Part shown: in pieces, positions 44,656 through 57,514 of the stretch
Position numbering within the stretch: position 1 is the first letter of the stretch
How the letters are laid out: every line of letters begins with the position of its first letter
Assembly (NCBI RefSeq): GCF_022837055.1
Contig: NC_062576.1
Coordinates: 18,350,144 to 18,414,143, forward strand
Direction: 5' to 3'
DNA length: 64,000 nucleotides
DNA from: Prionailurus viverrinus
Taxonomy: Eukaryota
Program-made: the position numbers and the translations under genes
The notes under the pieces: model-generated
Told to the model about the DNA's origin: nothing
The model's input: only the letters and a program-made list of their open reading frames with translations
The model's database searches: none

Positions 44656-45489
44656 AATAAATAAATAAACTTAAAAAAAAAAAAGAAAGAAAAATTTAAA
44701 AAAAAAATCCAAGCAGCCTATGTTATCACAATCTTGGATTTATCCTTGTAAGCTTGTTCCAGATGTTAAATCAGTTCAGATGGTAAATGAATTACCTTCA
44801 CCCAGGCCTGCAAACTGATGAAAGATAATAAAACAAATATTCATACCGACTGGGTTTACACTTTTAGGTCAATTCCTGACTTCAAAATGCATCGGAAACA
44901 GACATTCTAACTTAGAAAAACGGTGTGGCTTCATCTCATAAAATTGAACACTCATATATGCTATTGTGCAGGTTCTGGGCCTAATTGCTCTTGGAGCCAC
45001 TCTTCATAGTCCCCTGCTGTGCTCAGTTTTATGGCTGGGTGACTGCTACAGGCTACCCATCTCAAGCAGCCATGTCAGCTGGCTTCCAGTTGGGTTCAAG
45101 CAATGGAAGGCAATGGAAGGAGAATGTAAAGCAGAAGGAAGGGAGGAGCCAGGGTATTTCTCTACCAGCACCCTCCCCCACCCTCACTTCCTATTCCCAT
45201 AGTATACCCTATGATGGCTGTAGCTATCACATCTCCCATGGGAGAGGCTGGCCATAATTCCAACTTCTACAGGTGACCCTGACCCTAGGATCTGGTAACA
45301 CTAAACTTTGTCCCTCCATCCTAAGAGTGGTTAACAGCTTTCAGCTATTGTTAATTTTTGGAGAAGCTTACCACCTCCTGTTAGGGTTCTCGGCCATTGG
45401 TTATCATACTACTCAGCAATAAAAAGGAACAAACTATTGAAACATACAACGACTTAGACCTCAAGGTCACTTACATAAAATTATTTAAA

Positions 45490-45572
45490 AATTTTTTTGT
45501 GTGTGTGTGTGGGGGGGAACTTGAGCGGGGGGAGCAGAGGGTGAGAGAGAGAATCTCAAGCAGGCTCCTGTA
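45490..45572 (-). mobile_element. Truncated CAN-SINE 3' half.
   Basis: tttttttgtgtgtgtgtgtgggggggaacttgagcggggggagcagagggtgagagagagaatctcaagcaggctcc. Confidence 0.6.
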
Positions 45573-45925
45573 TCTTGATGGTGGTGGTGGTTACATAATT
45601 CTACACATGATAAAATTCAGTATGTACACAGAACTGTATATACACAGACACAAATGAATGCATGTAAAACTGATGAAGTCTGAATAGTCTGTGGATTGTA
45701 CCAGTATCAATTTCCTGATTGTGACACTGCACTACTGTTATGTAAGATGTTACCATTGGGATTGCTACCATTTCTTTGGGTGAATGCCCAGAAGTAGAAT
45801 TACTGGAATTACTTGTGGATATGTTATTATTTCCAAATAAAAACTTATTAAATTTTAAAAAAGAAACAGATTTCCTGACATATCCCTCTAAAATGGACAG
45901 CAAATTAAGAACTTTTAGATGTTTG

Positions 45926-46145
45926 GGGTGCCTGGATGGCTCAGTCGGTTAAGCATCCGACTTTGGCTTGGGTCATGATCTCACGGTTTGAGTTCAAGCC
46001 CCATGTTGGGCTCTGTGCTGACAGCTCAGAGCCTGGAGCCTGCTTTGGATTCTATGTCTCCCTCTTTCTCTGCCCTTCCACCGCTCATGCTCTCTCTCTC
46101 CTTCAAAAATAAATAAACATTTAAAAAAACTAAAAAAAAAAAAAA
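45926..46145 (+). mobile_element. CAN-SINE flanked by an intact 17-bp target-site duplication.
   Basis: The TSD aagaacttttagatgtt lies at 45908-45924 and again at 46146-46162. The SINE sequence is ggggtgcctggatggctcagtcggttaagcatccgactttggcttgggtcatgatctcacggtttgagttcaagcccc... Confidence 0.88.
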
Positions 46146-47934
46146 AAGAACTTTTAGATGTTTTGCTGTTATCTAAGAGGTAAACATAGTCAAAATGGAG
46201 TTTAGCATAAATGCTTCCTGATACTGCCCATATAGCAGAGATAAATTAACAACACTGAACCAACATGGGTGGGGGTAACTTTCAGGGTCTTGCGGAGGAT
46301 GCTTCCAATGCATGCCCTAATTGCCAAGGACATATTCCCTGCAAGACTATCTATAAAGGTAGGACATGAACAGGAACCAAAGCCTCCCAGGCCCTGTGAA
46401 CACCTCCAGATGAACTATGAGTGTTCTGGTTATTGTGGTTTAACTTAATCACGATGGATTAAGTTTTTCTCTCGCTGGAGAGCTATGTACGTACTAGTGG
46501 AGAAAAAATTACTTGATTTTAAAATTCCCGAGGTTGGTGGTGCTGGGGCGGGGGGTGTCTCAATTTATCTCTCTGATAACAGAAACACATGCACTGGTAC
46601 CATTATTTTCTTAATTTCTTTTACTCAGAAAATAAACTCTCTATATCATCCACTATCTTCAACAAAAATAAGAGAACTAAAGGAATTTGAAAGCTCATAA
46701 TTATCAAAACTCTCAGAAACCCCAAGCTTTGCCACTGCACTTGGTACCACAAGATCAATTCCCTCCAGGATTCACAAGTTATTTCCTACTGAGTTAACGG
46801 CCCCATGCATTTGGGAATTACTTCTAATCCTAGACTGATCCTGTTATAAACTTACATGACTAATTTCTGCAGGGACTCGTATAATACCTCCAGACTTACC
46901 ACTGATAAGTATTTGCAAAACATCCACCTAAGCAGCTCTGCATGATCTGATACCTAGAGATTTGGTCTTGTGGAAAAGAATGAAAAACAACAACCACAAC
47001 AACTGCCCTTGATCCTCTAAACAAATTACCTTTAACAAATAACTGATACGATAATAAACTCCAAATTGTTTACCCTGAGGCTCATATTTCCCAACTAAAA
47101 AGACATATATCACTTTCTCCTGAATACTGGCATCTAGTCCAATAGGGGACCTCAAAATGAGGATTCTTGGCATTTCTCTAGAAATTGCTGACTGTGGGCA
47201 GCTTCTGTCCCAGATGATGGAACAGGATGCTAATGGAACAGCTTCTACAGAAGACAAGATTAATTTTTTATTTCTTCTGTACCCTTTTCCATACCCTTTG
47301 TTCTACTAGTAATTCTACCTATTATTGTCTTTAACATCCCCTCTTTAATTGACTAATATTTTCTTAATATGATCTTCTGTATCGTCATTCTGTTACTTTT
47401 GAACCCCAGTGGTTTCTTTTTGTTACTTAAGGAAAAAAAATGCTGGTGCATATTTCTCAGACCTTAGCTACTGCTCTGAATTTTCTTTCACAGATAGGTA
47501 GGCAGTGTTTAATTATTTTACAATGTGCACATTACAAAAACATTAAAATCACATTTTAAATGTTATCTATCACTAATCTAAGTAAAGTACAACATTCCAT
47601 TAAATTTTTTTTCTATTTTTAAAATAGAAATGACACACAATGTTATTACATTAGTTGCAGGTGTACAACATAGTGATTGGACAATTCTATACATTACTCA
47701 ATGCTCATCACTATAATATGGTGTAGTCACCACCCAACAGTATAACAGTATTATTAACTGCATAATTACTGACTACATTCCCTATGCTGTTCTTTTCAAC
47801 TGCATGGCTTATTTATGTCATAACTGGAAAATTGGTGCCTCTTAATCTCCTTCACCTATTTTGCCTCCACCAGCTTATTCTCTGTATTTATGAATCTTCT
47901 TCTGTTTTTTTTGTTTGTCCATTTACTCTGCTTT

Positions 47935-48660
47935 TTAAATTCGACATATAAGTGAAGTTATGTGGTATTTGTCTTTCTCTGTCTGACTTATTTTACTTAG
48001 TATAATACCCTCTAGGTCCATCTATGTTGTTGCAAATAACAAGATCTCATTCTTTTATATGGCTAAGTAATATTTCATTATGTATATATACCACATCTTT
48101 ATCCATTCATCTATTGATGGACATTTAGGTTCTATATCTTGGCTAGTGCAATGCTGCAATGAACATAGGGGTACATATATCTTTTCGAATTACTGTTTTC
48201 ATTTTCATTTTCTATTTATTTACTTATCTATTTATCTATTTGTTTATTTGTTTGTTTTTATTTTTGAGAGACAGAGCATGAGCAGGGGAGGGGCAGAGAG
48301 AGGGAGACACAGAATCTGAAGCAGGCTCCAGGCTCTGAGCTGTCAACACAGAGCCCAATGTGGGGCTCAAACCCATGAACTGTGAGATCGTGACCTGAGC
48401 CAAAGTCGGATGCTTAACCAACGGAGCCACCCAGGCGCCTCAGTGTTTTCATCTTGTTTGGGTAAATGTCCAGCAGTGGAGCTACTGGATCATATGGTAT
48501 TTCTATTCTTAATTTTTTGAGGAACTGCCATCCTGCTTTCCACAGTAGAAAGCACATTTCCAATTCACATTCCCACCAACAGTGCATGAGGATTCCCCTT
48601 TTTTTCATATCCACACCAACACTTGTTATTTGTATTGCTCTGAATTTAACTCATTGCTGG
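47935..48660 (-). mobile_element. LINE-1 3'-end fragment (minus orientation), split by a CAN-SINE insertion at about 48200-48440.
   Basis: ...ttcgacatataagtgaagttatgtggtatttgtctttctctgtctgacttattttacttagtataataccctctaggtccatc...ccacatctttatccattcatctattgatggacatttaggt... It resumes after the SINE with cagcagtggagctactggatcatatggtatttct... Confidence 0.8.
48200..48440 (-). mobile_element. CAN-SINE inserted into the L1 fragment.
   Basis: ...tttgtttttatttttgagagacagagcatgagcaggggagggg...gagatcgtgacctgagccaaagtcggatgcttaaccaacggagccacccaggcgcctc. Confidence 0.85.
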
Positions 48661-49506
48661 ACCTGTCGCCTCTCCAGCTAATCTTGCTGACAAAAAAACA
48701 AAAGCAAAAACAAAAAACAAAAAACAAAAAACTTCCAGAAGGTAGAATTCCTTCCACAAGTCCTTTCCAGTCTTGAGTTCTCCTTACATAATTAATTCCA
48801 AAATTTAGTCCTGTAGAAATTGGACCTGAACAAAATGCTTTTGCTGAGGTCATTATAACCCTACTAGTAAAACCTAGGTTATCGGGAATGGGAACTAATG
48901 TTGGGGCTATTCTTGCTACAGACACTCTAGCCTACTTATAGTAATTATGTAATCGCACTCAAGGAATCTGTCTACCTCAGGAGTTCAAAAGTTGGATACA
49001 CTTATTTTGATACATGATATTTATCTCCCAATACAACCTATGCCTTGCTGGGGTCATACTTCCTGTTCAGACATCAAGCTCTTACTTGCTGCTACACACT
49101 AACTTATCCTACAGATTCAGGGTAACTGTTAGAGCCTTTCCGGTATTTTCAACAACCACCTTTCCAGTGGATCATGTTTTCCTGAGAATGGTACCTAGAA
49201 ATCTCTGAAATGAGACAAGAATAGGCTACTCAGATAAACTCCCAGGAGGGATAACCTACTCCCTAATCATGCATGTGATACGAGCTTCACTTCCCAGAGA
49301 GGGAAAAGACTACTGGAAAAGAGGATGCAAAACTTGTCCGTAACCTCACCAGACATCATAAGCAATACATCTACTCAGAAGCTCAACAACCAACTTAAAC
49401 TTAAATTTGTTAACCAAGGTGAAAGTTATGCTTCTGTAAACACTTGTTGCTGCACCTGCAAAATACAGGTCAAGTAGAACAGTCTGCAACTGTGCTAAAA
49501 GAAGTC

Positions 49507-49718
49507 ACTTGAAGGGCACCTGGGTGGCACAGTCGGTTAAGCATCAGACTCTTGATTTTGGCCCAGGTCATGATCTCACAGTTGTGGGATTGAGCCCTGT
49601 GTGGGTCTCAGTGATGGGCATGGAGCCTGCTTGGGAATCTCTCTCTCCCTCTCTCTCTGCCCCACCACCACCTCCTCCTCCTCCTTCTTCTTCTTCTTCT
49701 TCTTCTTCTTCTTCTTCT

Positions 49719-49768
<50 letters not shown>

Positions 49769-49795
49769 ATAAATAAATATTAAAATAAAGAATAA
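49507..49795 (+). mobile_element. CAN-SINE with a compound (CCT)n/(CTT)13/(CT)25 tail.
   Basis: gggcacctgggtggcacagtcggttaagcatcagactcttgattttggcccaggtcatgatctcacagttgtgggattgagccc... followed by cctcctcctccttcttcttc... and ctctctct... Confidence 0.88.
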
Positions 49796-49982
49796 GTCAC
49801 TTGAATCTCTAAAAAAGACAAGCTGGGCTTTTGGACATGGTTTCATTGCCTGGGTTTGATAACCTGGGCCACTGTCTTGAGGACCTATTACAAGAAGTAA
49901 TAGTTCAATAGAAACTAGTTTGTTTTTGGTAATTTCCTGTAATGTAGTTGGCTGATGTACCATTTTCAGAGTCTTTCTTAAA

Positions 49983-50405
49983 AATATTTATTTATTTATT
50001 TTGTGAGACAGAGCAAGAGTGAGTGGGGTAGGGGCGGAGAGAGGGAGAAAGAGAATCCCAAGCAGGCTCCATGCTGACAGTGCAGGGCCTGACGTGAGGC
50101 TCGAACACACGAACTGTGAGATCATGACCTAAGCCGGAATCAAGAGTTGGACAGCCAGGGTGCCTGGGCAGCTCAGTCGGTTGAGCGTCCGACTTCAGCT
50201 CAGGTCATGATCTCATGCTTCATGAGTTCGAGCCCTGCATCAGGCTCTGTGCTGACAGCTCAGAGCCTGGAGCCTGCTTCTGATTCTGTGTCTCCCTCTC
50301 TCTCTGCCCCTCCCCCACTCATGCCCTGTCTCTCTTTGTCTCAGAAATAAATAAACATTAAAAAAAAAATTGGATGCCCAACCAACTGAGCCACCAAGGT
50401 GCCCC
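49983..50405. mobile_element. Nested SINEs. A minus-orientation CAN-SINE (49983-50157 plus 50371-50405) is interrupted by a plus-orientation young SINE (50158-50370).
   Basis: The outer copy reads ...gtgagatcatgacctaagccggaatcaagagttggac | inner SINE agggtgcctgggcagctcagtcggttgagcgtccgacttcagctcaggtcatgatctc...aaataaataaacattaaaaaaaaaa | ttggatgcccaaccaactgagccaccaaggtgcccc. Confidence 0.85.
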
Positions 50406-50949
50406 TTGTCTTCAGAGTCTTAAATGTTACTATGTAACCAAAATCATGTCAGAGGATTCAACAACTCTTGCTGTAACAAAAGGAGAAGGTGAGACTGACC
50501 TAAGCTGAACTATAGATGTTCTCTTGGCAATCTCCTAATGAGAAAAATCTTGGCAATGGCAAAGAGCTGAGTAGTAGACTAAAATCCTAAGGCCTGATTC
50601 CATCTGCCCTTGGCCAAGAGGGAGACTGAGAAAGAGAAAGCATCCTCTGACAGCCTGGAGCCTGCCTGACACTATCATCTAGGCTTTGGTGTTGATCGGA
50701 ATTCGTATGACACTCATAGCTAAACTGTGGGTTTCCCTTAATAAACATAAACAATTTCACAAAACACTAACATGACAAGGCTACCACCGTGATGTATCAA
50801 GGCAAAAACATGACCATTCTGTCATGACTGAACACCGACAAAAACAAGCATTAGCCAAACAGAAATGACCAAATATTCTCCATCCTGGCTAATGAGAATT
50901 ATGCTCCTTTATCAATTATAGCTTTAGTCTTGCTCCTTTCTTCCCACCT

Positions 50950-51150
50950 TTAATTTATTTTTTAAAGTTTACCTTTAAATTTATTTTGAGAGAGGGAGAG
51001 CGAGGGAGGGGCAGAGAGAGAGGGAGAGAATCCCAAGCAGGCTGGGCATTGTTGGCACAGAGCTCTCTGCAGGGCTTAATCTTGTGACCTGCAAGGTGAT
51101 GACCTCAGCCCAAATCAAGAGTCGAATGTTTAACCAACTGAGCCACCCAG
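50950..51150 (-). mobile_element. CAN-SINE (diverged).
   Basis: tttattttgagagagggagagcgaggg...caaatcaagagtcgaatgtttaaccaactgagccacccaggcaccc. Confidence 0.8.
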
Positions 51151-54100
51151 GCACCCTTCTTCCCACCTTTTATATAAAAAATTTTAAGATACCCAATCAT
51201 GGAACTATCCCCATTTCCTCATAGCATTCAAACCAGAGCAAAGCCCCTTTCCCTGGGTCTTCTCCAGAAACTTAACCCAAGCTCAAGTCCTATACGAAGT
51301 CATTTCTAACATCTTCTTATACTGAAATGCTCTACAATTTTCCATCTTGTGTGGTCTCTCTCATTGCAATGAGTCAATAAACCCAACTTTGTTCAATTAT
51401 AGGTGTGTTCTTGGTTGCCTTTGACAGGAGGACATTGCCACTGGAAATTGGCTTTGTTTGTTTGTTTTCACTGAAAGATACTGATTTTTTTTTTAAGTTA
51501 ACTCAAAATAAGTTTTAAGAAGTCTGAAATCATACACAACAGGTCTATGGCTTGATTTGGTCTGAGGGCTGCCAATTTGCAACCTTTCAGTTGGAAGATC
51601 TCCCTTCTGGATGTAAAGATTAATATTATGAATAGTTAACAGCCATTAAGTACCTAAGCTGAACCAAGGACTGAACACATACTTTCACATGTACTGTTTT
51701 ATTTAATGTTCTTTTCTGCATAAGTCATTCAGAACTCCCTGAATTCTATTCATGCTGTGCCATTTGCAAGGTCGCCTGCTGCATGTTTGACTATAAATGA
51801 GGTCAAATCCCTATTTTACAGGAAAATGCTAATGTATACCTGTTCCCTTCCCACTGTGAGCCTGTAGCCATAGGAACTGTGATCAAGTACACAATAACAT
51901 CTCCGTGATCAAGTCCCTGGGGAACAAAGTTCATTTTAATGACGCTGGTCTGACTGGAGAGCAATCTGAGGGGCTTCCTGGGCTTCTCAGCAGTGTGCCA
52001 CCTCCTAACTTCCAGCTGGCTTTGGAGGAAGAGAAAGTGGAGCTGTCTCAGGTATGGGCTTCTTCTTGGGAGCTAGGTCTGGGGCAGGCAGAAAAAGGCT
52101 ATGGGGAAAAATCCTTTGGGCATGCTTCTCCGGAGGAGAAAGCAGGAGAAAGGGGCTTGTATACCAGGTAGCATGGTCTCTGAGGGCTTTACCAGATCTC
52201 TGAGTGTATGAATTGTGCCTAGAGTATAGAAGGATTCTACCATCACCCGGGGCATTGGCTAGAATCTTTAAGGATCCTTCCAGCACTGGAATCATAGGAG
52301 CAAGGGACCCAATTCTATGACATCTTTGGTTTGTGAAGATGGGAGAAAACAGAAAAAGCTTTAGGCTAAGTGCTCCCACTAACTCACTTCCCTTTCTGTA
52401 TCCTTGCCATTTCCCACACCATATGTCCTTCACTCTATTCTCCAAAAAGCCCAGGGACCTATGTCTTCCTTTGACTGCCTAAGGTGAGCCCTGGGAGTCT
52501 TAAGCCCATAAAACCCCTGCCTTTCCCCTTTTCTCTGCTATGTGGGCCAACGTTTCTGCCTCAATTTCCCCGAATGACAAAACAGTTTCCCCAGGACTGG
52601 CTCTAGCTCCCCTGGCCAATGCTGGCCCTTGGAGTCAAGACCGTCTTCCTATGCTCATAATGTCAGGCTGAGCCTTGATGTAAGAAACTGATTACTCAGA
52701 ACCACATTCTGAATATAGCCACTACAGAGAGTATTTGACTGCCTCTCGTGTACTATATGGATCTGAACAGCCTGAATCAAGATGCCTTGGACACAGTCCT
52801 GTGGCTCATGGCCACATCTATCAAGGAGTGGCTCTGTGCAGGACCAGGTTCCCAGCCCAGGTCTCCAGCCCCAGTCTTGTCCTCTTTCTCACCCCGACCA
52901 TGCTACTGACAAGATGTCTCTCTGGCCAAGCTGCTCATTTTGAAAGAGATGACAAAAAAAAAAAAAAAAAATGAGATAAAGAGAGAAAAGAAGAGGAGAG
53001 AGATGTGTTGGGGACAGAGGCCCCTAAAAAAGATCTGTCGTTTTTCAGTCGATCAATCAATCACCCAAGGCATAATGGAGGGCTACATCTCTTCTCTATC
53101 CTTGTCCAATATGCACCTTTGGGTCTTATTTAGTAGTTAGGAAATTTTTAATTCCTATTGAAAATATGATACACATGATAAAAAATTCAAACAGTAATAG
53201 AGTATGCAGTATAAAATTCATTTCCTCCCCCACCCCTAACCCTGACCTCTAGTTCTCTTCTCTAGAGGCAGCCCCTGTTTAGAGTTTCTTCTTTATCTTT
53301 ACAAAACACACTATACATGTATAAGCACGCGTGTATCTAATCTCCTTTTTGTGAAAGACACTAATTAACATACTATATGTTTTCTTATATTATACTGTTT
53401 TCACCTGAATAAGCTCCACTTGGGACTTATTTCAGGTCTGTACATATAGATATGTCTCAGCAGCTGCACCATATTCTATTTTGGCCCTACTGAGGGGACA
53501 ATTCCAGTGATGTTCTTTGTTTTGATAGTATAAACAATGCTGCAATGAATATATTTGTAATACTTCTTGAAATACATAAATAAGTTTGTCAGATAAATTC
53601 CTAAGGGTAAAGGTCAAAGGTTATGTTCATCTTGACAGATATTTTCACTTTGTCCTGCAGAAAGCTTAAATCAATTTAGACTCCCATCTACACTGAGGGT
53701 GGGCCTATTTTCCCATCCCCCCACCAATAGGATATTTCCAGACATTCGATCTTGGTGCAGCTTTATTAGTTTATTCATCAAAATGATGCATATTATTGTC
53801 AGGCCCTGAGTTCAGCACAAGAATGTAAAAATGAAAAGGACAAGTCCTGAACTTTGCCCTCATAATTGAGACATGCAAACTACAGTATTATCTGGAAAAT
53901 GCAACAACGGTATAAGGTACAAAGGTAGCACAACAAAGGGAGAGGTTAATTTCATCTGTTTGAGGGACAGTGGGGTTTGTTCACAGTCAGGGAAAACTTG
54001 GTGAAGAACCAGATATCTGAGATAATTTGTGAAGAATTCATTTATTTAACAAATATGTGTTAAGTGCTTGCTATGTGCCAGGCACTGTTCTGGATTCTTA

Positions 54101-54327
54101 GGCCGTATTAGTGTCAAAGATTCCTGCTTCATGAAACTTACATCCTAGTGAGTCAATAACTAGTAGATATAATAAGTAAGTACATTACATCACATGTTAC
54201 AAGGTGATGCGCATTATGAAAAGATAAAAAAGCAAAATCCGGTAAGGGGAATAAGGAGTATCTTTGGTAGAGGGGGATGTGAATAGCAACATTAAGTAAG
54301 ATAGTCAGGTAGACCTTGTCAGGGAGG

Positions 54328-54545
54328 TGATTTTTTTTAATGTTTTTATTTATTTTTGAGAGAGAGAGAGACAGAGACAGAGCGTGAGCAGAGAGGGGCA
54401 GAGAGAGGGAGACACAGAATTTGAGGCAGGCTCCAGGCTCTGAGCTGTCAGCACAGAGCCTGATGCGGGGCTCAAACCCACAAGCTGTGAGATCATGACC
54501 TGAGCTGAAGTCAGACACTTAACTGAGCCATCCAGGCACCCCCAT
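54328..54545 (-). mobile_element. CAN-SINE.
   Basis: ...cagcacagagcctgatgcggggctcaaacccacaagctgtgagatcatgacctgagctgaagtcagacacttaactgagccatccaggcaccccc. Confidence 0.85.
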
Positions 54546-54877
54546 CAAGGAGGTGATTTTTGAGCGAAGATCTGTCAAAAGGGAGTTGGTTAGGAAATAT
54601 CTAAGGAAAAGCTTTCCAGGTAGTCAGAACAGCCAGCACAAAGGCTCTCGGGTGAGTGTGGGCCTGACATATTTGAAAAGAAGCAATAAGGCCAGTGAAC
54701 TGAGGGAGGGGAAGGATGGTAGAAGAGGGAGGTCAGAGAGATGATATGGTCCACAGCTTGTAGGGTCTTATAGGCCACTGAGACAACTTTGGTTTTTCCT
54801 CTAGGTAAAATGAGAGTCACTACATGGTTTTAAGCAGAAGAGTAACATGATCTTCCTTAAAAAAAATTTTTTTCCCT

Positions 54878-55030
54878 TTAGTGGCTCAGTCAGTTAAGCA
54901 CCTGACTCTTGACCTCAGTTCAGGTCTTGATCTTGGGCCTGTCAGTTCCGACCCCACACTGGGCTCCATGCTGGGCCTGAGGCCTACTTAAAAATAAATA
55001 AATAAATGAAATATAAAAAATTAAAAGAAA
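54878..55030 (+). mobile_element. CAN-SINE of another subfamily (diverged).
   Basis: gtggctcagtcagttaagcacctgactcttgacctcagttcaggtcttgatcttgggcctgtcagttccgaccccacactgggctccatgctgggcctgaggcctacttaaaaataaataaataaatg. Confidence 0.7.
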
Positions 55031-55044
55031 AAATAAAATAAAAT

Positions 55045-55250
55045 AATTTTTTTATTTGAGATAGAGAGGAAGAGTGAATGCACACGAGTGCACCATTGGG
55101 GGAGGGGCAGAGAGAGGGAGAGAGAGAGAATCCCAAGCAGGTTCTGCACTGCCAGCTGAGAGCCCCATGAGGGGCTCAAACTCCAACCATGAGATCATGA
55201 CCTGAGCTGAAGTTGGACACTCAATCAACTGAGCCACCCAGGCACCCCTA
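55045..55250 (-). mobile_element. CAN-SINE.
   Basis: ...gagagccccatgaggggctcaaactccaaccatgagatcatgacctgagctgaagttggacactcaatcaactgagccacccaggcacccc. Confidence 0.85.
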
Positions 55251-55283
55251 AAATAATTTTTTTAAAGATTATTCTGGATGTAG

Positions 55284-55500
55284 GGTGACTGAGTGGTGCA
55301 GTCAGTTAAGCGTCCAGCTCTTGATCTCTGCCAAGGTCATGATCTCATGGTTCGAGCCCGCGTGGGGCTCTGCATTGATGGCGTGGAGCCTGCTTGGGAT
55401 TCTGTCTCTCTTTCTCTCTGCCCCTCCTCTATGTATGTCCTCGCATGTGCATGCACTCTCTCTCTCTAAATAAACAAACTTTAAAAAATTAAAAGAAAAA
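55284..55500 (+). mobile_element. CAN-SINE.
   Basis: gggtgactgagtggtgcagtcagttaagcgtccagctcttgatctctgccaaggtcatgatctcatggttcgagcccgcgtggggctctgc... Confidence 0.85.
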
Positions 55501-56189
55501 GATTATTCTAGATGTATTTAGAGCAGACTGTGGTGGGGTATAGGTAGAGACAGAGAGACCAGTAAGTCAGTTGTGAGATGATGGAGGCTTGGACCAACAT
55601 GATGGTTGTGGAGATTCTAAGAAGTGGTTGGATTCTGACATGTATTTAAGTAGAGCCACAGAATTGGAAGTGGCATGAGAGAGGAAGAAAGGAGTTAAAA
55701 ATGACCTCCAGGGTTTTGGCCTGAGCTACTGAAAAAAAAAAAAAAATGGAGTTACCCTCAAAGGAGACATGCAGGCTGAAGGTAAGAGAAGTTTCAGGGG
55801 GTAAGATGGAGTATTCAGTTTTGGATATTTTAAGTTTCTGAGACCTATTAGACATGTAAGTGGAGATCTCACATAGGCAGTGAACAATATGAATGTGGAC
55901 TTTGAGAGAAAGGTCTAGACAAGAAATATAAATTCCACATGTAAATGATTAATGGGGGGTTTTGAGGCAGATAAGGGTGTGGAATGATCTAGTGAAAGAA
56001 ACAGCTTGAGCACAGGCATAAATATTTGAATTAGCAACTTATGTCTGGGGAACCATAAGTGTTCAGTTTTCACTGGGGTTTAAAGTACAAGGGGGGTTAC
56101 AGCAGCAGAGGATAGCCCTGCAGAGGTCAGCAGGAGCATGACTGCCAAGGGTATGGGACAAACCAAGAAACTTCAACTTTACCTTCATT

Positions 56190-56408
56190 TAAAAAAAAAA
56201 TTTTTTAACGTTTTATTTATTTTTGAGACAGGGAGAGACAGAGCATGAACAGGGGAGGGTCAGAGAGAGGGAGACACAGAATCTGAAACAGGCTCCAGGC
56301 TCTGAGCTATCAGCACAGAGCCCGACGCGGGGCTCAAAGTCACCGACCGCAAGATCGTGACCTGAGCCGAAGTCGGCCGCTTAACTGACTGAGCCACCCA
56401 GGCGCCCC
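56190..56408 (-). mobile_element. Young CAN-SINE with an approximately 12-bp TSD (aactttaccttc).
   Basis: The TSD lies at about 56175-56186 and 56409-56420. The SINE reads ...cagcacagagcccgacgcggggctcaaagtcaccgaccgcaagatcgtgacctgagccgaagtcggccgcttaactgactgagccacccaggcgcccc. Many CpGs are retained. Confidence 0.88.
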
Positions 56409-57475
56409 AACTTTACCTTCTTTAAACTTCAACTTCAACTTCATCTTCTGAAACTGGTATTTCAGAATGATCATTCTTCATCTGAGAGAAAGGATTCTGG
56501 GGAACAAGTCTGGAAATGGTTTCGAACAGGCAAGAGAGGTGTTGAGGGCCGGCACCAAGGCAGTGGCAGTGGAAAGGTAGAGGGAAGAGTGAATTTGAGA
56601 AATACCTATAGGGCGGTAGAGTTTCAGATTGATTGGATAGGGGGGTTCAGGAGTCAGGAAGAGGCAAGGATGGATTCCAAGATTTTGGGTTTGATAAGAG
56701 TACAGGTGGTGGTGTCAATCAGACAGGGAACAGTGGAGGTAGAGGGGAGCAGTTGCAGATAGAACACGAGCTCATCATGAGTCCTTTTAGATATGCTGAG
56801 TTGGAGGTGACAGTTGGATGTTAGATATATTAGCCAAAAGGTTTGTTCTTAGGGTTTTGGATCCTTTGATAACTAATTGTTATCAAAGGATAGTTTCCTT
56901 TGATAACTAATTGTTATCAAAGGATAGTTAAAACCATGGGTATGAGTGTGTTTGGGTGAGGGAGGGGAACCAGCAGAGGATAGTCTTAGATTTCTCTCTT
57001 TCCCTCCATCACCAAATCCTATTGCTTCTGGTATCTTCAATTCAACCACTTTTCTCCAACCCCATGTGATGACCTTGGTACTAGCTCATCATATCTTCTT
57101 CGCACTTTGGGAATTTTTCCTAATTTCCCTTTTCCCTCTATTTCCTCCTTTCAGTCTATTCTCCTTCCAGAGGCCAGAGTGATCACTTACAAATGCATAT
57201 ATTATCATATTATTCTCCTTTAAAATCCCCATTGGCTTCCCATTTCTCTTTATAATAAACTCCAGTCTCTTTACAATGGTTTACAAGGCCCCAGCCCTGG
57301 AGTAGCTCTCCAACTTCTTTTCATACCACCCTCCCCTCCTTCATGTTCTGGTCACCCTGACTCCCTACAAGCCAGTCCTTTCCTCTCTGGGTTTATCACT
57401 GCTATTCCTTCTACTTGGAATGATCATCTGCCAGACTTTCACACATAAAACTTCAGGTATCAGCTCAAATGTCAC

Positions 57476-57476
<1 letters not shown>

Positions 57477-57513
<37 letters not shown>
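57477..57513 (+). repeat. (CA)18 microsatellite.
   Basis: cacacaca... run. Confidence 0.95.
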
Positions 57514-57514
<1 letters not shown>

